NCBI GenBank assembly: GCA_964016885.1
Contig: OZ024740.1
Location: 151,280,001-151,344,000 of the forward strand
Reading direction: 5' to 3'
Source of the DNA: Eledone cirrhosa
Taxonomy: Eukaryota
DNA: 64,000 bases
Below the pieces are notes generated by a model that ran no database searches, was not told the origin of the DNA, and saw only the letters and a list, made by a program, of their open reading frames with translations. The position numbers and the translations under genes are program-made. How positions within the stretch are numbered: position 1 is the first letter of the stretch; each line of letters opens with the position of its first letter. This document shows, one piece after another, positions 25,601 through 37,734 of the stretch.

Positions 25601-28465
25601 TTCGCAACCATTCCTCCGTCCGCTGTCTCCCTGCGGCGGTATAATCGGTAACCGTCGCTACCTTTCTGAGTTTCTCGGAAGAATGACCTTGGATACCTCT
25701 TGGTGCACCTTCTTTCTTTAATACATGGCGAATTCATGTTGAAACCGTTTCCGCATGGCCCGAAAACCATGTGAGCAGTGACGATGTTGTGGAGTTCTCT
25801 GCCAATTTTGGGTTTGATGAAATAATGCTGTAATGCTGGTTGCTTTGATTTTCGTTATTAGCCAAATGAGTAGGTGGGCGTGTGGCAGGCCTCTCTCTTG
25901 CCACTCAACGGTGTATAAGTAGCACCTAACAGGTCTAAAGGCCTTACCTGATTGTATGAGTTTTGTCAACTTCAAGTGGAAGACTCGTGCCGTAAGGTCG
26001 TGTCTGTCTGACGCCCTTTGTCCGGGAAATAATTCCGCGGTAATTTCATTCCACTTAGGGTTGCAAGTTAAAGTGATGAAGAGATCTGGTCTGCCGTAGA
26101 GACACACGTAAGTCATAGCATCCTGTGTGCGTTCACTCATGTATCGCGGACTCCCAATAAACGTTGAAGGAAGGATACAATGTTTTCCAAGGTTCTCGGG
26201 ATCGACGTCATTCCTTACTCCATCCTGTAAGTGAATGTAGCTGACCGAACGAAGGCGTGCTTGATTTTTCCTTATGTAGCACAGCCTTTCAGATTCCATC
26301 TTTGCGCACGCGTCTACAGCAAGTTGGTTGAAGAGTACTCTTTGACGGTGGAGGTGGTTAAAGCAGCCTTCGCGGACCATAAATCGGTAGGCGTAGAATT
26401 GCATACAGGAAACAGTTTTGTTGCTGTTGCACAAAGGAATTCCAAAGTGGTATCCGTCGTCACCGAATGGGAAAAGAAGGGGGTATTGGAATGCGTCGTA
26501 GGACCTATGCGTTTCGCTGATCCTTTGCAGAGTGTTGTCCCTACACTGAAGTATGATGTCCCGCTTGTTGTACTGTTCTCCATGAAGAAGCACAGCTATT
26601 TCATTGCACGTAGGAGCGTTAAAACTGCCTGCGTGGGTGCCTGGTGGTTTCCTGTCAGCGTCGATTATAACAGCAAAATTTGGCGCGGGGGAGGCCTCCA
26701 ATGCGCATTTAAAACTGCGAATGTAGTTGTTGTTTTCGTGCAGCATTCTCTGAAGTTCCAACAGAATTGTCATCTCTTTGCCAGGCGAAATTAAAGCGCG
26801 TCGTTCCGCTTGGTCCAAATAGTCAGTGACAAAGTATAGCTGTAGGAACTGGGGCTCTCCGTCTGTCCTAGGCAGGAGCGAACCGATCCTGTGGTAAATT
26901 TGTCCTTGAACTTTAAAGGCAGGCATGAAGCCGTCCACCCGTATGATGTTAACTCCGAAAGAGTTCATTTGGAAGGCAGCGTTGTATCTACTGGAACATT
27001 GAAGGAAGGGTTCCGACTCCGCTGTAGCACCGGTCAGTAGAGACTTCAAAGGTTGTCTTGGTTCCTGTAGAGGAGGCAGCTTCACTTTGCCGACAGAACA
27101 GCACATCCCTGAAGTTTCCCCAGGCCATTTTTTTGCCCGGCAAGATTGGCAAACGACGGACATGGATCCAATCTGAACTTCTGAACTTCAGTGCATAGTT
27201 AACTGTAGAGTCATAGTGGAAAGCCTTATGAGGCCACTGAGTACAACTGATCCTCGGAGTACTTCGTTGAGCACTCCTGCGGAGTGCATTGGCGTTTAGT
27301 CAGTGTAACCGAATTTGCGCAGTCTCTGACGCGCGCACAGAAGTGGTTGAAGCGGCGTCCGTACGTCGTCGTCTTGAACGCTGACCGTCGTCCTCACAAG
27401 CATGTGACGCAACAGTTGAGGTGGCATCTATTCCTCGTCGTCTGGAACGCTGTTCTTCGTTCTCACCAGCACGCGTCGCAGCAGTAGAGGCAGCATTTTT
27501 GCTTCGTCGTCGAGAATATTGTTCATCAGTTTGCGCTGCACGTGCAACTGCAGTTAGAAATGCATTCCCGGAAAGGCGAATGTTCCTCTGTTCTTCTGTC
27601 TCGGTTGACCGGGTAATTGCATTTCGAGTTGCATTTTGTGACAACCGAGTTAAATTCTCGAGGGACGACTCTGTAGTTCTTCTTCGTTTGGCAGCAGAAG
27701 CAGCTTTAGTTTGGCGACTAAGCCGTGGTCTTTTCTTGGGGCGCATGACCGTAGTGTCAAAGTATGTTTTAAAAGTAAGTTTAAAAAGGGAAACAGGAAG
27801 TACTAATTAAACCGAACACGTAAATATGTATGCAGGTAATGGAGCAAAAAAGGACGGTAGCGAAAAGTTTCAACTGAACAGTGAATAAGTGGAAAGTGAG
27901 TACTAAGTAAGTTGTAGCAAGAATGCACATCAAATAGTAGGTCAAACCTGTAAGCCAAGCACGTCTGAGTTATAGCACAAAAGAGCGTAAACAGGGGCGA
28001 TCATTTGGAGAACACTGGAAAAAAAAATCATCAAAATCGGGCGTTCCCGGATAAAGTTTTCTCGCTATATTTTTTTATCAGAATATTTATATTACTTTTT
28101 CTTCTCATATTGCTAAAAAGAAAGAAAAAAAAATTACACAAAGAACAACAAAATATAATGTCTTTGTTGAGATTCAAGTAGCGGCGTCCTTACGTCGGCA
28201 TCTGGAACGCTGCCCTATGTCCTCACCAGCACGTGACGCAGCAGTTGAGGCGGCAAGAGAGAGTTAGAGCATGTATTTAGTTTTATCGATTTCTTTCATA
28301 GAAGCAGGAAAGTTTTGGCAAAGCTTATGTCGCGTTGACCATCGTCGGTAAATTTGGAGTACATTGGAAAAAAATCATCAAAATCGGTAGAGAAATGTGG
28401 AAATGCATAAACATCATACACACACACAGACAGACATCTTCAGTTTTATATATAGAGAGAAGAGA
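22656..28465 (-). mobile_element. Near full-length, inactivated Helitron
   Basis: 5' A|TCTCTTCTCTCTATATATAAAACTGAAGATG; 3' hairpin cccgagcaacgccggg with terminal CTAG missing; full RepHel remnants. Confidence 0.93.
23130..27746 (-). pseudogene. Helitron RepHel: 23-aa repeats, Cys-rich region, HUH Rep, PIF1-like helicase; frameshifted
   Basis: CQSCRAKKW..MCCSVGKV; DLFITLTCNPKW; VEWQERGLPHAHLLIW; KYACKYINKG; DAPGGTGK; VWDECTM; GDFQQ; INKSQG. Confidence 0.95.
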
Positions 28466-28534
28466 TTATGTATGCACATGCGTGTTGAGAGCTACCTATA
28501 GTCATACACATATGTATAATCATTCTTAAATATA

Positions 28535-28862
28535 CAGTTGTTTGAGGGTTACGTCACTAAAGCACCCGCGAAGAGTTAAAAATCGTGAATATTGAACTTG
28601 GTCCATAAAAATGCCTGTAAATGTCAAAATATAACTTAAAATATAATTTTTTAAAAAGAGGCAGCGTCTTATGCGAAGGGGCATAATGCATTGTTTTAAA
28701 TAATTTAGCATTAAAAAATATATATTGCCACGAAAAAAGCCATTAAAAAATCGTGGAAGATATTTACGATTCCGCGAATATGCAGTAGTTTCCACGAACA
28801 ATTATTAAGTTCTAAGGAAAATTCCACAAATAACAGGGACCGCGAATGCCGGGAGTACACTG
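28535..28862. mobile_element. Possible decayed pogo/Tigger-type MITE
   Basis: TA-CAGT...ACTG-TA ends and repeated ccgcgaa motifs; TIR match is poor. Confidence 0.35.
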
Positions 28863-29673
28863 TAGATTCATATATTATATATATAAATATATCAAATTTT
28901 ATGTATATACGCTTCCACGCTTTCATACCCCCACCACACACATATATGTGTTTGTTTCTCTCTGTGTGTGTGTGTGTGTTTGCACGTGTGTGTGTGTCTG
29001 TGTGTGCGTGTGGAGAAAGAGAGAGAGAAAAAGAGAATGTGAAAACGAAGGAAAATGTGTATTAAACCTTGTGAGACAGATGAACATATACACGCACTCA
29101 TACACATACATTCATAATTAGGAATGTGTTTATATATGTGTATTCAACGAGAAGACAGCCAGCGAGAAGAAAGACATTTGTTTTAAAATGTCTGCTAAGA
29201 AATATTTAGGGATTTTGCTTGCATATTTTGACAAGCGGTCCTACATTACGGAACCTAAAATCTGTTTGTGTATCATTTACCTCACATCGCATCTTGACTT
29301 TCTTTATTTATTTGTAAATAGACACATAGCTCCGTCTAGCGGCATTCGTAGTAAACGTTTGGTATTTCTGAGAAGAGGTAGGTGTAGGAAGCATGGAGTG
29401 TAGAGGTCATGATCAGTGGAAAGGGGAAAAGGTTTAATGTAGCCATATAATATAATGCAATCACTCCCCCTCTGATACACCCTCAATCGTCAGTTAGATT
29501 AAAAACTGAGGCTTCACACAGGTACATGTTCCAGTTGTGGTTCCGTATAGACTGATATATATATGTGTGTGTGTGTGCGCGCGCACATGTCTCTACATAC
29601 ATCTTCCCTCACACCTATATATGTTTATATACTATATATGCATGGTCATAGGAGTGTGTTTATTTTTTCGTAG

Positions 29674-29767
<94 letters not shown>

Positions 29768-29853
29768 CGAAGGAAATGTGGTAAGGAACCAGGTGGACCA
29801 TAACGCACCAAAGCACTCAATACTTAGGGTAGTAGAGTGGGGTCTTACTGGTT

Positions 29854-29888
<35 letters not shown>

Positions 29889-30002
29889 AGTGTTTTTTAA
29901 GCTTCATATCATGTATGAGAACGCAGATATCATCCCATGATGATATTTGTTTTTGAAATGCGCATACTAAAATACTTGGAACTCTTTTAACCATCCTTTG
30001 AT

Positions 30003-30063
<61 letters not shown>

Positions 30064-30724
30064 TCACACACGCGCATATATATATATATATATGTATTTA
30101 TGTGTGAGTGGTGGGGGGTGGAGGCAGTTTCTAAGAATGGCTACAGTCAGATGGAAGATAACCCTTTTTTAACTTCCGCATAAACCTCACAATTCTCGAA
30201 GCACCTGTATGTAGATGTCATGCGCACTGATCTTCCCCTAAGAAACTTATGAAAGCAAAACACTTTTTCGCTCCACAAAAGAGGTTTAATTGATTCGGCT
30301 GTTTCCCAGCATGAGCGCCTGCAGAGAACGTAATGATGATTATGCATGTATGAATATGTATATATAAGAGCCACTTACAATTTGATTTATCTTGAATCTT
30401 TTCATCTTCATAGAGGCTCTTGAGATTATTAGAGAAAGACGTATTCATGATCTTATGCTACTGGCTAAGGAGGAATGGTTTGAGTTGTTGCTGTTGTTGT
30501 TGTTGTTGTTGTTGTGAAGAAGAGGCACCAGCATGGCGCTGTCCATTAAGTTAAACTAGTAAAAGATTAAAAGAAAGAGCACAACAATATGCTTGTGTAT
30601 GCCTGGGGGTTGTAAATGTGTATATATGAGACCTGCTGGTACTCATTTTTAGCTGAGTATACTGCAGCAATACACACACACACACACACACAAGCACACA
30701 TACACAATATATATATATATATAT

Positions 30725-30757
<33 letters not shown>

Positions 30758-31358
30758 ATTTAAATATAAATATAGATATGTGTGTGTGTAATATAAATTA
30801 GGGAGAGCAAGAAAATTGAATTCAGTATACGGTAGAATGAATTTCATCATATAACTATACTCAGTATTAAAAAAACCTTCAACCTCATGATCAAGTAAGC
30901 CTTTACATGGTCATATTTCTCACGTAGATTGAGCGTGACACAGTGCATTGCAAGACTGATCATGTGAATTACAGGTAAATCACAATTATGTCCAGCTGGG
31001 CGGAATGGAGCAATCTGAAATAAAGTGTCTTGCTCAATGACATAACTTGAGGCTGGGAATTAAACGAACGCCCATACCATCGTGAACTGTACACCGTAGA
31101 CACTAAGCCAAGTGCCTTCAAAAACAGAAACACTATAAATTCAACCAGAACGTTCCCACCATTAGCATAACATCCATTATCGTTAAAGTAATACGTTTTC
31201 TGCAATGGTAGAAATGAGATGTTGAAATTGTTTATTGGTATGTGACGAATGTTGAAATAATTGAAAGTATGATTGTCACAAATGTTGGTGTCTATGGTAG
31301 CATTGTTTACTAAACCAGTGTTAATGTTGACTTTGTCAGAAGAGTTCTACAAACACCA

Positions 31359-31421
<63 letters not shown>

Positions 31422-31792
31422 CACATACATACATGCATACACACACATTTATACACATATGCATACATACATTGAAACATACACATGCACGTACATATAC
31501 AGACATAGGTAGATGGGGGGGGGGTTAGCACAAGGTCAGCGACAGAAAGAGGGATATCACAATGTAAGGGAGAGAGAAAGCAACACACACAAACAAACAT
31601 ATAGAGGGGAAAACACATCGAGAACCGAAGAGAGCTTGAGACAATTATTTGTTCAGTGAGCAAAAGCCAATGTCAGCACAACGACACTACAATCCACACC
31701 ATATCAACGAAAATACATATATATATACACGTATATAAAGATATGTACATACGTGAAATATTTTTGATACACATTCTATATTCAGAAAGACG

Positions 31793-31859
<67 letters not shown>

Positions 31860-31964
31860 GTATATATATATATATATATACGTATATATTTAAATGATGT
31901 GACAACCAAAGAAGATCATTATATTAACGTCTACGCGTATTTCAACATCAATGTTATCAGGTAA

Positions 31965-32047
<83 letters not shown>

Positions 32048-32092
32048 CTATCTCTTCTATCTATCAATCTCTCTCTCTCTCCCTCTCTCTCT

Positions 32093-32156
<64 letters not shown>

Positions 32157-32161
32157 GTTCT

Positions 32162-32279
32162 AATATAGAAGAGCTTCTACAGGACTAGAACTGTTTCATT
32201 CGTGAGAAATTATCAGGAAGCTTCCTGATGATTTCTCACGAATGAAACAGTTCTAGTCCTGTAGACGCTCTTCTATATT
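32162..32279. repeat. Spacerless palindrome, 59-bp arms (head-to-head HHR family E); right copy extends to ~32358
   Basis: Centre ggaag|cttcc at 32220/32221; flanked by (TA)n. Confidence 0.93.
32219..32269 (+). ncRNA. Type I hammerhead ribozyme (family E)
   Basis: agcttc-CTGATGA-t ttc tcac gaa t-GAAA-cag ttctagtc ctg-TA^ga(c)gct; the other copies read gaagc here, restoring stem I. Confidence 0.8.
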
Positions 32280-33062
32280 CAAACTGTTATACTCTGCTAT
32301 GTATTGAGTACCTTATTACTGTGGTTACCTCCGATTCAACCCGGAATAACTTATTTCTATATATATATATCTATATATATATATATATAGAGAGAGAGAG
32401 ATATAAAATATATATATAACTTAAAAATCACTATCCAGGTAGATGAAGAGTAGTGGCAATATAAAATTTCGAGGTAATATACCACGTGGTATATTTCCTT
32501 AGAATGATGGACTTGTGAAAGGACATCACAATCTTCCTGATTTCAGTATTCCCTGCCGAAACAAATATGAAGAGAATTAGACATTATTCCTTCAGTGAAT
32601 GATGAAATTATAAAATACAAATATATCTGTCATGTAGATTAATAACAGTATTGAGATTCCTTTACTTCTTCTTTTATTTTGTTTTGATTTTATTTGTAGA
32701 AACACGTGTTTGAGGAATAAATAAAAAATGTTCACCTTTGATTTTCATCTTTGCCATCTTTTCGTGCACACACACACACACACATACATATATATATAGT
32801 GTATGTGTATATATGTGTGTATATGTGTGTATATGTATATATATATATATATGATTTTATTATTTATTTTGTCTGACGTGTTTAGCTTGAATTGTTTTTT
32901 AGCTTAGGTGGTTAATGCCTTCTTGACCCCTTTTTCAGTTTGTATGGCGTTTTAACATATGTTTAGCTCTGTTTTTTTTTAGACTGTAGAGCGCTTGCCA
33001 GCATAACTCTGATTTTGCGTTTCGTTTCGCTTTTCCTACCCGCCGAAATGCGATTCTCGCTA

Positions 33063-33125
<63 letters not shown>

Positions 33126-33887
33126 GTATATAAAGGTATGTATGTATGTATACGCACATACATATATGTATACAGACGTACAGTAGTATGTAAAGGCAAA
33201 TTAGGCTGCTCAGCAAACTCACACACACAAACTCACACATACAGAGTTCTTTGAGAGCGATTTGGAAGATACATTGTGTAGATACATACATCCATACACA
33301 TCAAGTGATGTCCATTTGAAGGGATTTTGATAAGGAAAATGTTGGTACATACTGACCGTAGGAATTTGATTGATAGCCTATATTGATTCTACTATAAAGA
33401 CATTTCGAAGATCATGCTGGAGTATATAAATGGAATTATTTGATAACCATATTAAATATTGTAGAGTATTTCATATAAAAGCCTGTGTATGACAAGTAAC
33501 TATTTAGACGTTAATTCACTGGCTTTATGGGTCTATTTTAATGACGGTTGTTACCTTGAGCAGTTTGAAGTTTTGTTGTTTGCTAAAAGAGTATTTGGTA
33601 GAGTTTCCTTCAATTCATACCAGACATACCTCCTAACTTTCTTTGCACCAGCACACAAGATATAATATGAGTGCCTTTTGTATCATAAGTATGTTAGTTT
33701 GTGGCGAAATACTGCAGATTGTTGTCTGATATATTTAAATAAGACATACGAATGCATTAGTAAATATTCATAATACCTCTGGGAAAATCTTCAAATATCT
33801 TCCAAATTTGCCGTCTCCGCCAAAGTCGACATTTTATGCTAAAGTTCATTAGACGACTTACTGTGTCTAATTAAGATTTCTTTCGTA

Positions 33888-33932
<45 letters not shown>

Positions 33933-34504
33933 AAACTTTCTCATTAATATCGAAACGAATTTCTCTTTTTAACCAACACTATTTCTGTTTTCATTAGAGA
34001 TCTATTTTGTATGTGTTAGTCTAGAAGAGAGGTGAGTGTATTAATAACTTTCTCTGGTTCTCCGAGCCTTGTGAGATTAATCATATGGAGTATGTTTTGA
34101 TTGAGCATCTTTAAGTTGACGTCTACAGGAAAAATATTGTGACATGGTGGGATTTCAAAGGTTGAAATATTTGTAGATTATTTACCTTCCATATTTCTTA
34201 GCCTAGCTAAAATATCTACTAGTGATGAACTAGAGTTTTACTCAGTCGAACATATTCTCATGTTACTACATTTGTGCTGTGTTTTAATGTAGAGCTGGGA
34301 AATGGTTAAATAGATTTTCTGTCTTAAACTCCCTCGTGCTAAAATTCTATTCTGGATAAATATTCATTTCTTTTGCATGTTTATGATTTTTTTCCTTTAT
34401 TTTTCCGCATTTATCTCTGTTTCGCTTTGGCTTTTGGTTTTCAATTCAAAAGTAATAAAATAGTGATACACCAAATTAATTGAACAGATTAATCACACAC
34501 ACAC

Positions 34505-34650
<146 letters not shown>

Positions 34651-36104
34651 CTATCCGCACACGAGCACATGTACACATATGGGCACAAATACTATTAAAA
34701 TAATGTATCCGTGCAGGTCGAATTTGATGTTCTCCCATTTATCCTTGTGATGTGTCTCTTCGAGCCTAGTAATTGTCATCAACTCGCACCACCACCACCA
34801 CCACCACATCCACCACCACCAATACCACTATCAACAACTACAGCAATTCCACTCTCAACACTGTCACTAACGCTACCATATATCACCTCTACTAACCACC
34901 AACCTCCCCTAGACCAATATTATTACTCCCATCGTTATTAACCTTCACATAACTACCAACGCCATAATAGCAACATGACCAAATTCGACACCGTCGCCAT
35001 AGCCAATAACAGTATCACCATAACCATTAAGAACAACGCCACACCAACAACTCTACCACGAGCAGAAACATCATCATCATTTTCATTGTAAATACTACTA
35101 TTACGAACAACACCACCAACATCAACACCAAAACTACCAACACCATCCTGCGTGCAATTTTACACCGAAGCCAGTGATTATATGCTAATAGCCTATGTGG
35201 TAATTTTCAGCTTCAGGTCAGCGCGTGGTCAATTAGACGAATTCCAATTTAATGATCGCTACGTTGGTCTGAGAGCTTCCGTGCTCACCACTGTATTCAT
35301 GGATTCTGTGATTCTCGGCAGCAAAATATCAATTGACCATCCATCAAATGAAGGAAATGCCAAATGGTGATGACCTTCTTCAATAACCATCTACCACATG
35401 CTGTTCTAAAACGACCGAAAACGGTTCTAAAACTTCAAATTCTTCGACCAGCATTCGGTACTTTTGTCAAATAATTCTTAATGGAAAAATTATCGATCTA
35501 TCGTAGGGACATACTATCAATTTTTTTTTAAATTTAAGACGCCTACTAAGAACATTAACAGCACCAGCACTTCAATCTCCTCTATACACATCATTGCCAC
35601 CAACTATTATCATCCTTCATAGAGATGCTCGTATTGAGTTGTGGTGGAGGTCATGAAACTAAATAGTGTACGGAATTATATTCCGACGAAGTGCCGATTC
35701 TAACAACTTATCATTCTTCAACAAATCAATAAGTCTATTGGTAAATATTTCTGACACTAAACATAGTTCAAATTTAGCTTTCATCCATCTAGCATAGATA
35801 AAATAAGTGACTGTAATTGTGATATACTGAATCTTTTCCGTATGAATATATGACTGTCTCCTTTGACCAACATTTTCAAGCCTGCATATCAAAAGCTGGA
35901 GCTTCGTTTAAGTAACAGAATAAAATCCAGCCCTGATTCGTTACTAATTTTCCACAAAGCCTGTGTACAACACGCGTTTGAGTACTAGTTTCGTAGACAA
36001 GACGCTGCTGCTGCAGCGCACAAGTTTATTAGCAAAAGTTCAATCACCAACACTCTACAGATGAGATTTTTTTTACTGTCGTTAATTTTATATGTCATCT
36101 ATGT

Positions 36105-36440
36105 TTGTAATAACGGTTTCTAAATCTGACCCATAGTCTGCAATTTTGAGGAAGAGGAAATTCGATTATATCTACCCCAGTAGTTAACTGGTACTTTATT
36201 TTATCTACCCCAGCATGAAGGGAAGATTTGAACTCGCGGGATTTGTGCCCACAACTTAAATAGCCATAACAGATAACGTAAATCATGTGTTAGGCACTCT
36301 AAAGATTCTGCTAATTCGCCAATAATATTAATTTATGATTTAGGCACAAGAATGATACTTTATTTTATCGACCCTGTAATGAAAAGCAAAGCTAAGCTCG
36401 GTGGGACTTGAAGTAGAACATAAAGGGCCGTAACCCTGTC
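36105..36440 (-). mobile_element. Two decayed SINE family 1 copies
   Basis: ctggtactttattttatc core, ttgaactc B-box on the reverse strand. Confidence 0.65.
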
Positions 36441-36449
36441 TATTATTAG

Positions 36450-36930
36450 GTAGAGTGTGGGAATTCTTAAATGAAATGTAAATGAGCAGAAAGAACTGGA
36501 TAGAAAGATAAGGAAATTATTGACTATCTACAGTATGTTTCATATGAAGGGTGGGGTTAATAGAGTGTACTTAAAGAGATCTGAATGTGGGAGATGTCTT
36601 AGCAGGTGGAGAAAAAATATTCACACAATTATGTGTCAGAGGGTAAAGAGACAATACTTAAGACTGTATTGAAGGAGGAGATGATATGCCAGGGGGTGTC
36701 CAAAAAAGAAGTAACGACAAAGACGGTGAACAATCTGAATAGAAAAGCTTTTCAATGCATCTTTTTGAAGAATACAGAATTCAGTGATCCGCAGACATGG
36801 GACTGGTTAAAGAACGGGGACCTTAAGAACGCTACAGTGGTAATGCTAGTTGCTGCAGAGGAGCCCTTAGAACGACGTAGATGAAATAACATATAAGCAA
36901 GGAAGAAGCTAACATTCTCTGCAGGATCTG

Positions 36931-36966
<36 letters not shown>

Positions 36967-37080
36967 AGGAGAGAGAGAGAGAGAGGAATCTGTGTCTCAC
37001 ACCGTATCCTAGTGTAAACATTATAAAGAATAAAGGCATGGTGTCATAGGAAAAGCGATCCACTGCCATGTAGGCAAAGT
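36450..37080 (+). mobile_element. Decayed R4/Dong LINE fragment
   Basis: ELDRKIRKLLTIYSMFH...NRVYLKRSECGRCL; TWDWLKNGDLKNAT; parallels ORF 44796. Confidence 0.75.
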
Positions 37081-37563
37081 GAATAATTTACCTCATTCTG
37101 AGAAATGTTATTTTAAACCTGTTGCAAACCATACTTTTCCAGGTCGGAACACAACCAATAGTTTCCAGAGTAAGAGAGAAATAGAGAGGGGGTAGTAGGT
37201 GGAGTGGAGATCCAGCCACAGTAAAAGACTGGTACTTTATATATCAACCTCAAAATGGTGGAAACCAAAGTTCACCTTGAGAGTATTTGAGCTTAGAGCG
37301 CAGAGTGCGGAGCAGGCTCGATGTTATACATGGAGGAGGAGGTAGTTTTCTCTTCACTTGGTGACGGGCCTGCCGTGAAACATTCTGTCTGCGTTCTAAC
37401 AACTCTGTCAATTCACCGCTTAACATAAACTCCTAACATAAAAACATAATAAATACATGATGGCTACCCCTCGTTATAGAGTATGGCCATGACACGAGAA
37501 AAAAAAATAATAACAATAATAATAATAATAACAACAATAATAATAACGACAACAACAATAGTA

Positions 37564-37605
<42 letters not shown>

Positions 37606-37652
37606 GCACGCGCACACACATAAACATATCTACACACACACACACACACACA

Positions 37653-37729
<77 letters not shown>

Positions 37730-37734
37730 ACACG

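Noticed and set aside
26231-26794. Antisense ORFs over Helitron and LINE coding regions (also 59892-60524 and others)
   Set aside because: Shadow frames of transposon ORFs with no independent motifs
29930-29970. HHR-like catgatga...gaaa-tgcgca-ta
   Set aside because: Core altered and no stem I or II pairing; at most a relic
32532-32573. HHR-like tcttc-ctgattt-cag..ctg-cc-gaaa..gaaga
   Set aside because: G8/A9 and stem III missing; too decayed to call
33300-34300. Possible minus-strand Penelope RT relic
   Set aside because: Only vague motif resemblance; cannot be supported without an alignment
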